Source: Candidatus Latescibacterota bacterium
Lineage (GTDB): Bacteria > Latescibacterota > UBA2968 > UBA8231
Reading direction: 5' to 3'
Assembly (NCBI GenBank): GCA_964291625.2
Contig: OZ220089.1
Location: 1,344,001 to 1,408,000, forward strand
Length of the DNA: 64,000 nt
In this document: positions 48,225-61,857 of the stretch, piece by piece
Numbering within the stretch: position 1 is the stretch's first letter
Layout: the number at the start of each line of letters is the position of its first letter
Position numbers and translations under genes: made by a program
The notes under the pieces: generated by a model
Told to the model about the DNA's origin: nothing
The model's database searches: none
The model's input: the letters and a program-made list of their open reading frames with translations, nothing else

Positions 48225-50456
48225 ATGAACTCCCGCGCCCTCGGGGTTCTCCTCGCCGCCCTGGTCTGCGGTTCGATCCTCCGCCTGAACGGCATCGACT
48301 GGGGCACGGATCCGGAGACCGGCCGGTTCCACGCGTTCCATCCGGATGAGAGCACGATAGTCCGCAACAGCCGCTGGGTCGGCACCGACCTGCGGCAGGT
48401 TCAGATGCCGTACGGGTTCTTCCCCGCCTACCTGCTGTGGGGGGTCTCCAGCCTGGCCGGCGTCTCCCTCTCACCGGAGAGCAACAGCGGACTTCGGGAC
48501 GCCCACATCCTGGCCCGGTCGATCACGGCGGCGATGTCGATCGCCAGCATCGCGATCGTCTTCCTGATCGCCCGCACGCTCGGGGGAGGACTGACAGCCG
48601 CCCTCTCCGCGGTGCTGCTGGCCTTCTGCTTCGGGCACATCCAGCAGGCGCACTACTACACGGTCGATCCGCTGCTGACGGCGATCATGGTGGCGTGCCT
48701 GTACCTGATCCAGCGCATGCCGCAAGCCGGCGCAGGGACGTACGCGGCGTGCGGCGCCCTCGTGGGGACAGCCGTCGGCACCCGCCTGGTCGGCGTGCTC
48801 CTGGTGGTTCCCTTCGTCGTTCAGCACCTTCCCGCCGACTGGTACCGGAGCCCCGTCCGCGTCCTTCCCGCCCTGCTGTCGGTTCGCACCGGCCTCTTCT
48901 TCGCCACCCTCCTCGCCGCCGCCGTCGCCTGCGAGCCCTTTTGCGTTCTGGAACCCGAGCGGTTCTTCGGCGAGAGCGAACTGCTGACCTGGAGGAAGAG
49001 CCTGCAGGTCTCCCATGGAGAGGTGGTCTTCCCATGGTCGTTGTACGACATGGGCACGACGCCATTCCTGTTCCACCTCACCGATCTGCTCCCCTACTCG
49101 CTCGGCCTGCCGCTATTCGCCGCCTCGGTCGCCGGATGTCTTCTGGCCGTGATCCTTCGGAACCGGGCGGCCCTGGTGCTGCTCTCCTGGATCGCCGTCT
49201 ACTTCGTCGCGGTGGGAGGACACCACCTGAAGCCGGTCCGATACGTCCTGCCGCTGCTGCCCCCTCTTGTCGTCCTGGCGGCCTGGGCCTGCACCCTCTG
49301 TCTGCGGCGGGCAGGGTTCCGTCCCCTCGCCTTCGGTCTGCCAGCCATCGTGATATCGGCTGCGATGGTCATCGGGCTCACCACCTGGAACATCTACGAC
49401 AGGACCGACGCGCGAATCGAGGCGGCGAGGTGGATCGAGGCCCACGTCCCGGGCGGAGAGAGTGTGCTGACCGAGGTTGGCGGCTTCCCCACCGACTGGA
49501 TGGTCTCGCCGCCGCGCAGCAAGCGGCCTGTCAGGGCCGCCTATTTCATTCGTACCCAGGACTGCGACACCCAGCTCGGCCAGATCCAGTACGTCAGGAG
49601 ACAGTTCGAGGACATCGGCTGGATCGCTCTCGTCGAGGAGAACCGGGAGCGCCAGTTCCTCGCCGCGGCCGGAAGCTATCCAGTGGGATACGGCCTGTAC
49701 GCCCGCATCAGATCGGGGGAGCTCGGATTCTCCCCTGTCTCCCATTTCCGGATACAACCCGGGATCGGTCCGGTTCAACTCCCCCGGCGGTACGACGAAC
49801 CGACCATGACGGCCTTCGATCATCCGACGGTGACGATCTATCGGCGCCACGACCAAGCAGCGGTCGAGGCGGCCCTGGCCGGATGGGAAGAACGCCAGAG
49901 CAGCGGCGACGAACGCCTGCTCGTCGAGGGGGCGGAGGCCCTTCGGGCCGGGCGCACGGAGGAGGCAAGGGCCCGCTTGGACGCCTTCACCCGGCGCCAT
50001 CCCGGCATTCTGGTGGGGCAGTTCCTGCTCGCGGAGGCACACGGACGCGTCCCCTCCCTGAGAGGGGTGCCGGAGCCCCTCTGCACAGAAACGGCACTCA
50101 ATCGGCTGCTGGCTTGGGGAATGCCGGAACTGGCATTGAAAACGGCGGAGTTGTTCATCGGGCACGTCGCCTCCAGATGGCGAACGGCCCCCGTGGTCAG
50201 CCTGCATTTCTCGGCAGGACTGCTCGCCAAGAGCCTCAAGGAGCCGGCCCGAGCGGCGGATCACTTCGAGAAGGCCTTTGCCCTGAATCGCCGCCACTGG
50301 CAGTCGCGACTGGAGTTCGCCCGCCTCTGCGTCGAGTTGGGCCGCCGGGTCGCCGCGGAAGCTGCCTATGAGGAGGTTCTTCGGCTGAACCCCGGCAACG
50401 CCGCAGCCATCCAAGGGCTCAAGCAGTTACGGACGGCGGGAGGGGAAGCGCCTTGA
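48225..50456 (+). CDS. GT39/ArnT-like membrane glycosyltransferase with C-terminal TPR
   Basis: FHPDE, HIQQAHYYTVD, RYVLPLLP, DHPTVTIY; TPR-like tail YEEVLRLNPGN. Confidence 0.8.
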   Translation: MNSRALGVLLAALVCGSILRLNGIDWGTDPETGRFHAFHPDESTIVRNSRWVGTDLRQVQMPYGFFPAYLLWGVSSLAGVSLSPESNSGLRDAHILARSITAAMSIASIAIVFLIARTLGGGLTAALSAVLLAFCFGHIQQAHYYTVDPLLTAIMVACLYLIQRMPQAGAGTYAACGALVGTAVGTRLVGVLLVVPFVVQHLPADWYRSPVRVLPALLSVRTGLFFATLLAAAVACEPFCVLEPERFFGESELLTWRKSLQVSHGEVVFPWSLYDMGTTPFLFHLTDLLPYSLGLPLFAASVAGCLLAVILRNRAALVLLSWIAVYFVAVGGHHLKPVRYVLPLLPPLVVLAAWACTLCLRRAGFRPLAFGLPAIVISAAMVIGLTTWNIYDRTDARIEAARWIEAHVPGGESVLTEVGGFPTDWMVSPPRSKRPVRAAYFIRTQDCDTQLGQIQYVRRQFEDIGWIALVEENRERQFLAAAGSYPVGYGLYARIRSGELGFSPVSHFRIQPGIGPVQLPRRYDEPTMTAFDHPTVTIYRRHDQAAVEAALAGWEERQSSGDERLLVEGAEALRAGRTEEARARLDAFTRRHPGILVGQFLLAEAHGRVPSLRGVPEPLCTETALNRLLAWGMPELALKTAELFIGHVASRWRTAPVVSLHFSAGLLAKSLKEPARAADHFEKAFALNRRHWQSRLEFARLCVELGRRVAAEAAYEEVLRLNPGNAAAIQGLKQLRTAGGEAP

Positions 50457-50493
50457 GGATGGACGGCCTCGATACGCTCGAAGCACGTCCGGC

Positions 50494-52299
50494 CTACCGC
50501 ACCAGGGCCAGGGACCTCGCCAGGCGACGGCCGCCGACCTCGGCCACGAGGTAGTAGGCGCCGCTGGCGAGGGGCCGGCCCGCGTCATCCGAAGCGTCCC
50601 ACTCGAAGATGAGCGCCCCGGGACCGAGCCACGCGCCTTCGGCCAGGCTCCGCACCCTCTGCCCGATCTGGTTGTAGACGCGCAGCGACACGGGAGCGGA
50701 CTCCTCCACGGTGAGGGCGATCCGGGTGGTGGCGTTGAAGGGGTTCGGATAGACGGCGAGGCGGGTGTGGGGTGCTCCCCCGACCATCGCGACTCCCGTC
50801 GTCGGACCGCCGGAGCTGACCAGGGCGCTCGGTCCGCTCTCGCTGGAGTTGCCGCCGACGGCCTGCACGAAGTAGTGGGACGGCTCCGGCCCCTCGGGGC
50901 GGTCCACGAGCGCGGTCTCCCCGGTGACGGCCAGCAGGTTGCGCGCGTCGAGGGCCGCCGCGCCAGGGTCGGGGCTCGTGGGCGACCGGACGCGGTAGAC
51001 CGCGTAGCGGCGCGCCCCCTCCACGGGATGCCAGGACAGCTCCACCACCCCTTCCTCGAGCGAGGTCAGGTCCAGTCCGCCGGGAGCGGCGGGAGGCTCC
51101 GACGCCTTCCAGGCCATCGGCGGTGTGAGGGCGGGATGCCGGAAGAGATCCGTCTTCAACACCTCGGCAAATCCCTGGGAGGCATGGTGCGTGAGGTTCC
51201 GGGCCCGGAAGAACACGCTCCCCAGGATCTCCGGGAGGTCGCGGCTGAACCGGACCTGGGCGGGAATCTCCTCCGGCGCGAAGAGCGTCCCCGAATTGGT
51301 CTCGCTGGCCGCCCGGTAGAGGGCGTGGCCCGTGTAGAGGTGCCGGCCGCGGACCTGCTCCGCCCACCAGGAGGCCAGGCTCTCGTAGTCCTGGGGGCCG
51401 CCGAAGGGCCAGTAGAGCTGCGGCACGAGGTAGTCCACGCTCCCCGCCGCGAGCCAGGCCGTGGGGTCCGCGAAGATGACGTCGTGCGCGTCCAGGCCGT
51501 GGATGCCCTCGGGCACGCCGTTCTTCCAGATGCCGAAGGGGCTGACGCCGAACTTCAGGGCCGGCCTGAACGCGCGAAGGCTGTCGGCCACCTGGGCGAT
51601 GAAGAGGTTGACGTTGTCGCGGCGCCACTCGGGGAGGCTGGTGAAGCCCCGGCTCTCCTCCGCGAAGGTGGCCGCGTCCTCGGTGCTGATGTGGTTCGGA
51701 GGATAGGGGTAGAAGTAGTCGTCGAAGTGGACGCCGTCGATGTCGTAGCGGCGGGCCACGTCCATGACGACGCGGGTGACGTGGTCCCGCACGGCGGCCC
51801 GGCCCGGGTCCAGCACGCGCAGATCGCCGAACTCCAGGACCCACTCCGGACGGGTCCGCGTCACGTGGGCCGCCGACGCCTCGTACGCGGTGCTCGCCTG
51901 GGCCCGGTAGGGATTGAACCACGCGTGGAGCTCCATGCCCCGCCGATGGGCTTCCCCCACGGCGAAGGCCAGCGGGTCGTACCACGGATCGGGCGCGGCC
52001 CCCTGCCGCCCCGTGAGCCAGTAGGACCACGGCTCCAGCGGCGAGTCGTACATGGCGTCGCAGGCCGAGCGGACCTGGAGGAAGACGGCGTTGATGCCGG
52101 CGTCCCCGAGGCGGTCGAGCATCAGGCGCAGCTCGGCCTGCTGCTCGGCGGGCGCCGCCGCCCTGGGCCAGTCCAGGTTGAAGACGGTGGAGATCCACGC
52201 CCCCCGGAACTCGTGCTTCGGCGGCTGCGCGGCCTGGGCCCACGCCCCGGCGGCGGTGAGGGCCGAGCAGAGGGTGAGGAGCAGCGGCAGGCGGATCAT
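50494..52299 (-). CDS. GHL10 (YddW/DigH-like) glycoside hydrolase + Fn3 + FlgD/T9SS-like CTD
   Basis: EFRGAWISTVFNLDWP, HAWFNPYR, DGVHFDDYFYPY, PQLYW; C-terminal YPNPFN..WD..G..ASGAY. Confidence 0.9.
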   Translation of the reverse strand: MIRLPLLLTLCSALTAAGAWAQAAQPPKHEFRGAWISTVFNLDWPRAAAPAEQQAELRLMLDRLGDAGINAVFLQVRSACDAMYDSPLEPWSYWLTGRQGAAPDPWYDPLAFAVGEAHRRGMELHAWFNPYRAQASTAYEASAAHVTRTRPEWVLEFGDLRVLDPGRAAVRDHVTRVVMDVARRYDIDGVHFDDYFYPYPPNHISTEDAATFAEESRGFTSLPEWRRDNVNLFIAQVADSLRAFRPALKFGVSPFGIWKNGVPEGIHGLDAHDVIFADPTAWLAAGSVDYLVPQLYWPFGGPQDYESLASWWAEQVRGRHLYTGHALYRAASETNSGTLFAPEEIPAQVRFSRDLPEILGSVFFRARNLTHHASQGFAEVLKTDLFRHPALTPPMAWKASEPPAAPGGLDLTSLEEGVVELSWHPVEGARRYAVYRVRSPTSPDPGAAALDARNLLAVTGETALVDRPEGPEPSHYFVQAVGGNSSESGPSALVSSGGPTTGVAMVGGAPHTRLAVYPNPFNATTRIALTVEESAPVSLRVYNQIGQRVRSLAEGAWLGPGALIFEWDASDDAGRPLASGAYYLVAEVGGRRLARSLALVR

Positions 52300-54143
52300 G
52301 CCGCCGACCCCGCCTTCAGCGGCTCGAGGGCGGCCCCGTACGAGGGCGTCCGGGCGAAGCGTCGCAGGCCGGCGCGCAGCAGGGTCCCCGCCGCCGGCGC
52401 CAGCTCCACCGCGAAGTGGCGGCCCCCGACCTGCAGGCTCTCCCCGCCGGCCTCCACCTGGGTGAACTCGTGCTCGCCGAAGGCGCCGGCCTGGACCAGC
52501 ACCCGGCGCCGCTCCCGCCCGGTGTTCACCAGCCGCAGGTCCACCGAATCGGCGGAGAGTCCCTCGACAAGGCAGGCCACATCGGGCGGCAGGCCCGGCC
52601 GGCGGCGGTCCAGGTCGAAGTGGCGCACCGTGGCGCGCAGGAGGCCGCCGTTGTAGACGGTCTGGGGCGCCCCCGTGGTCACCTGGGTCAGCCCCTTGGT
52701 GACCACCGGGTTCGGCGGCCACGTGCTCTCCCGCAGGAGGGTCTCGGGGTCTCGCTCCTCGGCGCGGATCCGCTCGAAGTGGCTCTCGCACCAAGCCAGC
52801 TCGGCGCCCAGGATCGCCTCGGGCCAGTCGGGGTTGCGGCCGTCGTAGTACTGGAACCGGGCGTATTCGGCCTGCTGGCTGCGGCGGTCGGGGAGGCTCT
52901 CGACGCGGTTCCAGTCGGCGCCGGGGTCGCCCTCGCGCAGGCGCTCGATCAGGCCGCGGTCGGCGGTGCTCATGGAGGCGTGATAGAGGTGGGCGAACTC
53001 CAGCAGCCGCGGCGGCGCCCACTCGGTCCAGCCCTCGGGCCCCATGCGCTTCGGGAACTCCAGCCGGCCCTCGGCGGTGGTGCGGGCCCTCTCGAGCAGC
53101 GCCAGCAGGGGCCTGCGCAGCAACTCCAGATAGCCGCTGTCCCCGGAGAGCAGCAGGGCGCACTCGGCGGCCACGGTGGGGCCTCCGAAGTTGATGTCCC
53201 CCGCCCACCGGCTCGTCCAGCCGTAGAGTCCGCCCCACCACTGGCCACGGCGCTGCTCCCCGACGCGCCCCGTGGGCCCGACGTTGTCGGGCAGCAGGCC
53301 GCCGTTGGTGTCGATGCGCTCGATCCAGGCCTGGACATAGTCGAGGACCCAGCGGCGGTAGCGGTCGTCCCCGGTGAACAGGAAGGCGTGGGTCACGAGG
53401 CCGGCGGCGGTCAGGTTGGTGGGCACGTCGCCGCCGAGGACGACACGGTCGAAGAGGTCGAGGATGCGGCGGCGGCGCTGCGGATCGTCGGGCCAGTCCT
53501 CCTCCAGGTCCCGCACGAAGGGGTGGAGGGAGGCGCGCAGGGCGGCGCTGGCCGGATCGCTGCGGTAGCGGGAGGTGAGGTGGGCCCGGGCGAGATCGAC
53601 GCGGTCCCGGGCGCTCGTCAGGGGGCCGGCGCTCGACGGGAAGGGCGAGCGGAAGACGCGGTGTCCGGCGTCGTAGTTGGCCTCGCCGATCATGAGGTCG
53701 GCGAAGCGGGCGGCCCTGTCGCGGAAGGCGGCCGAGTCCGGCTCGGAGAGGGCCAGCTCGTAGAGGGACTGGTTGCCCTCCCCCTGGTGGAACCACTCGA
53801 AGGGGACGGCGAGGTTGTAGTACTCGTCCGTGAGCTGGGCGACGTACCTCGGGTGATCGCAGCCGGGGCCGGCGTCGTCGAAGAGGCGGGTGGTGGCCTC
53901 CCACTCGCGGCGGGCGATGCGGCGCAGGTCGTCGTCCCCGCCGAGGGCGTAGAGGGCGCCGCGGCCGGCGCGGGCCTCGTACCCGTCGTCCACGTCGTCG
54001 ACGAAGGTGGCGGTGCCGTCGGGAAGGCTGTAGCGGGCCGAGGCCTGCCGGGCGGCCTCGGACATGGTGGCCAGGAGCCGGCGCTGCAGCCGCGCCCAGG
54101 CCGGGGGCGCGCACGGCCGGGCCGCTTGTACGGTGGGAATCAA
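52296..54143 (-). CDS. Hypothetical protein (possible alpha/alpha-barrel enzyme)
   Basis: 615-aa ORF with AAGGAG RBS; DDGYE, EWFHQGEG, LPDNVG, WWGGLYGW and RRPGLPPDVA motifs. Confidence 0.7.
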   Translation of the reverse strand: MIPTVQAARPCAPPAWARLQRRLLATMSEAARQASARYSLPDGTATFVDDVDDGYEARAGRGALYALGGDDDLRRIARREWEATTRLFDDAGPGCDHPRYVAQLTDEYYNLAVPFEWFHQGEGNQSLYELALSEPDSAAFRDRAARFADLMIGEANYDAGHRVFRSPFPSSAGPLTSARDRVDLARAHLTSRYRSDPASAALRASLHPFVRDLEEDWPDDPQRRRRILDLFDRVVLGGDVPTNLTAAGLVTHAFLFTGDDRYRRWVLDYVQAWIERIDTNGGLLPDNVGPTGRVGEQRRGQWWGGLYGWTSRWAGDINFGGPTVAAECALLLSGDSGYLELLRRPLLALLERARTTAEGRLEFPKRMGPEGWTEWAPPRLLEFAHLYHASMSTADRGLIERLREGDPGADWNRVESLPDRRSQQAEYARFQYYDGRNPDWPEAILGAELAWCESHFERIRAEERDPETLLRESTWPPNPVVTKGLTQVTTGAPQTVYNGGLLRATVRHFDLDRRRPGLPPDVACLVEGLSADSVDLRLVNTGRERRRVLVQAGAFGEHEFTQVEAGGESLQVGGRHFAVELAPAAGTLLRAGLRRFARTPSYGAALEPLKAGSAA

Positions 54144-54221
54144 GGGGTTCTGCTCCTTTGACGGATCAGGGCGGGACCGCTAATTCTACGTCCACCCCGC
54201 CACCGGAGAGGATCCCCGCAA

Positions 54222-55364
54222 ATGAAATACGACCTGCTCATCGAGAACGGCACCCTCGTCGACCCCGCTCAGGGGATCCACGACCGCCGCGACGTGGCCT
54301 TCGCCAATGGCGCCGTGGCCGAGGTGGGGGCGGACCTGCCCGCCGGCGAGGCCCGGGCGGTGATCGACGCCGGGGGCCGCTACGTGACCCCGGGGTGGAT
54401 CGACGTGCACGTCCACGTCTTCCCCGACGTCACCCACTACGGCATCGAGCCGGACCCCACCTGCCTGGCCCGGGGCGCCACCACCGTGGTCGACGCCGGC
54501 TCGGCCGGGGCCGACATCTTCCCCGGCTTCCGCAAGTTCGTCATCGAGGCGGCCCGGACCCGCATCCTGGCGGAGCTGAACATCTCCTCCCAGGGCATGA
54601 TCACCTCGAAGGTGGGCGAGCTGTCCCTGCTGGACCTGGCCGACGTCGAGGCCTGCCGCCGCATGATCGAGGCCAACCGCGACCTGCTCATCGGCGTCAA
54701 GGCGCGGCTCACGAGGAACACCATCGTCGGCGAGGAGGCCGGCCTGGAGCCCCTGCACCGGGCCCGGGAGGCGGCCGACGCCGTGGGCCTGCCGATCATG
54801 ATCCACCCCCAGGCCGCCTGGTGCGAGACCCTCGACGACATCCTGGCGGTGATGAAGAAGGACGACATCCTCACCCACTGCTTCCACAACTCCACCTGCG
54901 GCATCCTCGACGACGGCGGCCGCGTGCGCCCCGCGGTGCGCGAAGCGATCGAGCGCGGCGTCCTCCTCGACGTGGGCCACGGCGCCGGCTCGTTCTCCTG
55001 GCCGGTGGTGGAGGCGGCCCTGGAGCAGGGCGTGCTGCCCCACACGATCTCCTCCGACCTGCACGTCTACAACCTCCACGGGCCCGTGTACGACCTGGCC
55101 AACGTGATGACCAAGTTCCTGCACCTGGGCCTGCCCCTCGACGACGTCATCGCCATGGTGACCAGCGTGCCGGCGGCGTCGGTGCTGCGGCGCAACGATC
55201 TCGGCACCCTGGCCCCCGGAGCCGTGGGCGACGCCGTGGTCGCCGAGATGCAGGAGGGGAGCTTCCAGCTGGAGGACGCCCGCGGCGTGGCGCGCACGGG
55301 CGCGCGCAACCTCGAGCCGGTGGCGGTGGTGAAGGACGGGCGCGTCTACCGGCAGCGGGGGTGA
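54222..55364 (+). CDS. Amidohydrolase/deacetylase family metallohydrolase (dihydroorotase-like)
   Basis: PGWIDVHVH, VDAGSAG, GVKAR, LTHCF, DVGHG, ISSDLH. Confidence 0.88.
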   Translation: MKYDLLIENGTLVDPAQGIHDRRDVAFANGAVAEVGADLPAGEARAVIDAGGRYVTPGWIDVHVHVFPDVTHYGIEPDPTCLARGATTVVDAGSAGADIFPGFRKFVIEAARTRILAELNISSQGMITSKVGELSLLDLADVEACRRMIEANRDLLIGVKARLTRNTIVGEEAGLEPLHRAREAADAVGLPIMIHPQAAWCETLDDILAVMKKDDILTHCFHNSTCGILDDGGRVRPAVREAIERGVLLDVGHGAGSFSWPVVEAALEQGVLPHTISSDLHVYNLHGPVYDLANVMTKFLHLGLPLDDVIAMVTSVPAASVLRRNDLGTLAPGAVGDAVVAEMQEGSFQLEDARGVARTGARNLEPVAVVKDGRVYRQRG

Positions 55365-55383
55365 CTCCCCCGGGGGCCGGCCC

Positions 55384-58052
<2,669 letters not shown>

Positions 58053-58053
<1 letters not shown>

Positions 58054-59438
58054 TGATGGAAACCCCCGGCCCGGAGGTGGACCCGAACGGGCCCCTGCCG
58101 CTGGATCACCCCTTCGTGGAAGCCGTGAGCCGCCTCGCCCTCGCAGGCGTCGCGGAGATGTTGACAGCGGACCCAGGCCTCGCCGACGCGGACCTGCACG
58201 GTAGGGCGTGGATCGGCGGCCCGAGACGGACCGCGGCCGGGTGGGAGCGGGCCCCGGACCAGACGAGCCGCGCCGTGCACCTGGCCGCCTACGGCCACGC
58301 CGGCCTGTTGCGGCTGCTCATCGCACACGGCGCCGATGTCGACGCCCTGGGGTACGAGGGCAACCACGGCTGGGCGCCGCCCCTGGTGCTGGCCTGCTGG
58401 GAGGGCACGGCCGAGACGGTGCGCCTGCTGCTGGAGGCGGGAGCGGACCCGAACCTCCCGTCCCGTCCGGGGGGCTCGGCCCTGCACGCGGCGATCAACC
58501 ACTACGACGCCGAGAAGATCGAGCTGCTCCTGCGGCACGGGGCCCGGCACGACCTCTACTCGGCGGCGGCGGTGGGCGACCTGGAGGAGGTCGAGAGGCA
58601 GCTGGCCGCCGGCGACGGGCTCCTCGACCGCCGCGACGACCTGCGGGGCCGGACCCCGCTGGAGTGGGCCGTCTTCAACCGCCGGGAGAGGGTCGCCGAG
58701 CACCTCCTCGAAGCGGGAGCCGAGGCGAGCCCCCAGGTCTTCGTCGGCCTGGGGAAGCTCGACGAGGTGCGGCAACTCGCCCAAGCCGACCCCGGGTTCG
58801 TCAACCGGCCCCTGGACCCGGAGCGGGAACCGCCCCTGATGCACGCCCTCCGCCGCCGCGACCTGGAGATGGTGAAACTGCTCCTGGGCCTCGGGGCCGA
58901 TCCAGACTCCGGCGGCTGGGAGCCCGGCGCCGACGCCGAGTCCCAAGGCCGGGACGGGATCCCCCTGACCTTCTGGCGCGGGCAGTCGCCCCTGGCCCGG
59001 GCGGGGGACCCCGCCTTCGCCGAGATCCTGATCGACGCCGGCGCCGACGTGAACGGGGAGTTCATCCCCGGCCGCTCGCTCCTCTTCCACTACCTGCGGC
59101 ACGGACGGCTCGACGTGGCCCGGCTCCTACTGCGCCGCGGGGCCGACCCCGACCGCCTCGGCAGGAGCCGCGGCGGCACCACGACCCTGCAGTCCCTCGT
59201 CGCCCCCGACGGCGTCGAGGCGCGGGAGCTCGCCCGCAGAGGGGAGCACATCCCGGCCATGGAGCTGCTCCTCGACCACGGCGCCGGCGTCAACACCCTG
59301 TCGGCGGAGGGCCTGACCGCCCTCGACTACGCCCTGGAGACGGACTCCGGCCCGGTGGCGGACTTCCTGCGGCAGCGGGGCGGACGACGCGCCAGGGACC
59401 TCGACACGCAAAAAGGGGAACCATGGACAACAAGCTGA
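58053..59438 (+). CDS. Ankyrin repeat protein
   Basis: ATG overlaps the aceE stop (TGATG); multiple LL..GADPN and GRTPL repeats. Confidence 0.88.
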
Positions 59439-60569
59439 CCCGCGCCTTCGAGAGCCGGGAGGGCCGCAAGCTCACGGACCGGGAGCTGCAGTTCCTGCAC
59501 GCCGCAGGCCACGGCGGGGACGGGCGAGGCCGGGGCGCAACCTGCGATGTCGGCCGAATGCGCGCACTGCTGGGCGAACAGCCGTCCCTGCTCGACGCCA
59601 TCGGACCGGTCGCCCTCAACTGGGCCGTCCGCTGCGACAGCTACGACGCGGTCCGACTCCTCCTCGATGGCGGGGTCCGGGAGCTGTACGACAGTCACAC
59701 CGAGAGGCCGCGAGAGGAGCAGCACGAGCCGATCACCCACGCCTTCTACGTGGGCATGGGAGAGAACGCGGAGCTGGACGCGGAGCAGGTGACGCGGGCC
59801 GGGCGGTTCCGGACCCTGCGGACCCTGTTCGACGCGGGCATCGCCGACGCCTCGGTCATCTCCACCTCCCACGTCGGGTGGCCCGGCAACACCTCCCTGC
59901 TCTACTGGGCGGTCTACCCGGCGGCTGGAGTTCTCGGAGTTCGCCCTCGAGTACGGCGCCGATCCCGAGGCGCCGATCTCCGGGAACGGGGAGCGCGGCA
60001 CGACGGTGCTGCAGCACGCGGTGGCGCCGCCCTTCGACGGGGCCAGCGCGCCATGGGACAGCCTCGAGAGATGGAAGCGAGGGATGCGGTACGCCGAGTT
60101 CCTGCTCTCCCATGGCGCCTTCTACGACATCTACTCGGCCTGCGGTCGCGACGATCTCGAACGCGTCCGCACCCTGGCCGCCGGCGACCCCGGCGCGGTC
60201 ACACGCCCGGGAGAGGCCGACATGACTCCCCTGCACTGGGCGGCACGGGCCGACGCCGGCCGGTGCACGCAGTGGCTGCTGGCCCGGGGCGCGGATGTGA
60301 ACGCCGAGACGGTCTCGCGCCGCACGGCGCTGCACCTGGTGGCGGAGTGGGGGCTCACCGAGATGATCTGGCTGCTGGCGGGTCACGGGGCCGATCTGAA
60401 TTCGCAGGACACCAAAGGCCGGACGCCCCTGCACCGGGCCGCCTATCTGGGCCAGGTCGAGGCGGCGGAGGCCCTCATCGTGCTCGGCGCCGACACCCGT
60501 CTGGAGACGCGCACGGGCAAGACGGCCCTCCAGTCGGCGCGTTTCGACTGCAAGTTCCTGAAGGACTGA
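59423..60569 (+). pseudogene. Ankyrin repeat protein split by a +1 frameshift (or a sequencing error)
   Basis: Starts MDNKLTRAF; an extra C in TACCCGG at 59917-59919; removing it restores VYRRLEFSEFALEYGADPE, collinear with the paralogue IYRPLEYARFALEHGVDPD. Confidence 0.85.
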
Positions 60570-60573
60570 GAGA

Positions 60574-61692
60574 GTGGCTACGGACGACTCCTACCTGCTT
60601 GCCAAGATGGAGGGCGCCTTCCAGCTGCGCGAAGGCCGCGGCATGACCGACCGCGAGCGGCAGTTCGCCATCGCCTCCGCCCATGACGCCGCCGACGAGT
60701 GCCACGCCACCTGCGACGTTGACCGGATGAGGTCCCTCCTCCGGGAGCAGCCGTCGCTCCTCGACACGGTCGGCTCCCTCGCCCTGTCGATGGCCGCCAC
60801 CTATCACGGCACCCACGACGCCGTCGTCTTCCTCCTCGAGCGCGGCGTGCGCACCCTCTACGACTGCGAGACCGGGCTGGCCGGCAAGGGAAATCACGAG
60901 GCGGTCTCGGGGGCCTTCTACTGCGGGAACTTCCAGACCCTGCGGACCCTCTTCGAGGCGGGCGTCACCGACGCCTCCTTCGCCAACATGCCGTGGGTCT
61001 CCTGGCCCCACAAGACGACCCTGCTCCGCATGTCGATCTACCGGCCCCTGGAGTACGCGCGCTTCGCCCTCGAGCACGGGGTCGACCCCGACGAGGAGCT
61101 CCCCTTCAACGAGGAGAGCGGCCGCACGGCCCTGCAGAACGCGGTGGCCCCTCCCATGGGCGGGGGGTGCCTGCCCTGGCACAACCCGGAGCGCTGGGCC
61201 CAGGGGATGAGGTTCGCGGAGTTCCTGCTCTCGGAGGGGGCGTACTACGACATCTTCTCCGCCTGCGGCCGCGGCGACCTCGACCGGCTGCGGACCCTGG
61301 CCGCCGAGGACCCGGCGCTGATCGAAACCCGGGGCGCCGCCGACCTGACCCCCCTGCACTGGGCGGTGCGCGGCAAGTCCCCCGAATGCTCGAGGTGGCT
61401 GCTGGACCACGGCGCCGACGTGAACGCCGAGTCGCTCACCGGCCGCCCGGCCCTGCACATCGCCGCCGAGTGGGGACTCGACGACATGGTCTGGCTCCTC
61501 GCCGGGTACGGCGCCGATCTGGATCCGCAGGACAGGAAGGGGCGGACGCCCCTCCATCGCGCCACCTACCTCGGCGAGGTCGAGGCGGCGGAGGCGCTCA
61601 TCGTGCTGGGAGCCGACACGCGGCTCCGGACCCGCGGCGGCAAGACGGCGATCGAGCTGGCGCGGCTCGGCTGCAAGTACTTGAAGCCGTAG
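60574..61692 (+). CDS. Ankyrin repeat protein (paralogue)
   Basis: TPLHWAV, GADVNA, GRTPLHRA; shares its N-domain with the neighbours. Confidence 0.9.
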   Translation: MATDDSYLLAKMEGAFQLREGRGMTDRERQFAIASAHDAADECHATCDVDRMRSLLREQPSLLDTVGSLALSMAATYHGTHDAVVFLLERGVRTLYDCETGLAGKGNHEAVSGAFYCGNFQTLRTLFEAGVTDASFANMPWVSWPHKTTLLRMSIYRPLEYARFALEHGVDPDEELPFNEESGRTALQNAVAPPMGGGCLPWHNPERWAQGMRFAEFLLSEGAYYDIFSACGRGDLDRLRTLAAEDPALIETRGAADLTPLHWAVRGKSPECSRWLLDHGADVNAESLTGRPALHIAAEWGLDDMVWLLAGYGADLDPQDRKGRTPLHRATYLGEVEAAEALIVLGADTRLRTRGGKTAIELARLGCKYLKP

Positions 61693-61709
61693 CCGTAACC
61701 GGCCATCGC

Positions 61710-61789
61710 TTGACCGATCTGAAGCGGGTGTCTACGCTGAATTCATGGCGACATTGGACCGGATCACCATCGAGTCCGACACCTCGTGA
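61710..61789 (+). pseudogene. Promoter plus 14-codon DUF433-like antitoxin remnant
   Basis: TTGACC-N17-TACGCT, 6 nt, then ATG 61745; MATLDRITIESDTS* resembles the DUF433 start (LDRITIDP). Confidence 0.45.
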
Positions 61790-61857
61790 TATGCGGGATA
61801 CATTGATTTTGTGAATCCGAAGTTCATGACAACCCGTTCACCATGAAGGGAAACGCG

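Noticed and set aside
58208-60646. 812-aa ORF
   Set aside because: Only 59423-59917 is real coding (ankyrin N-half); the rest is off-frame
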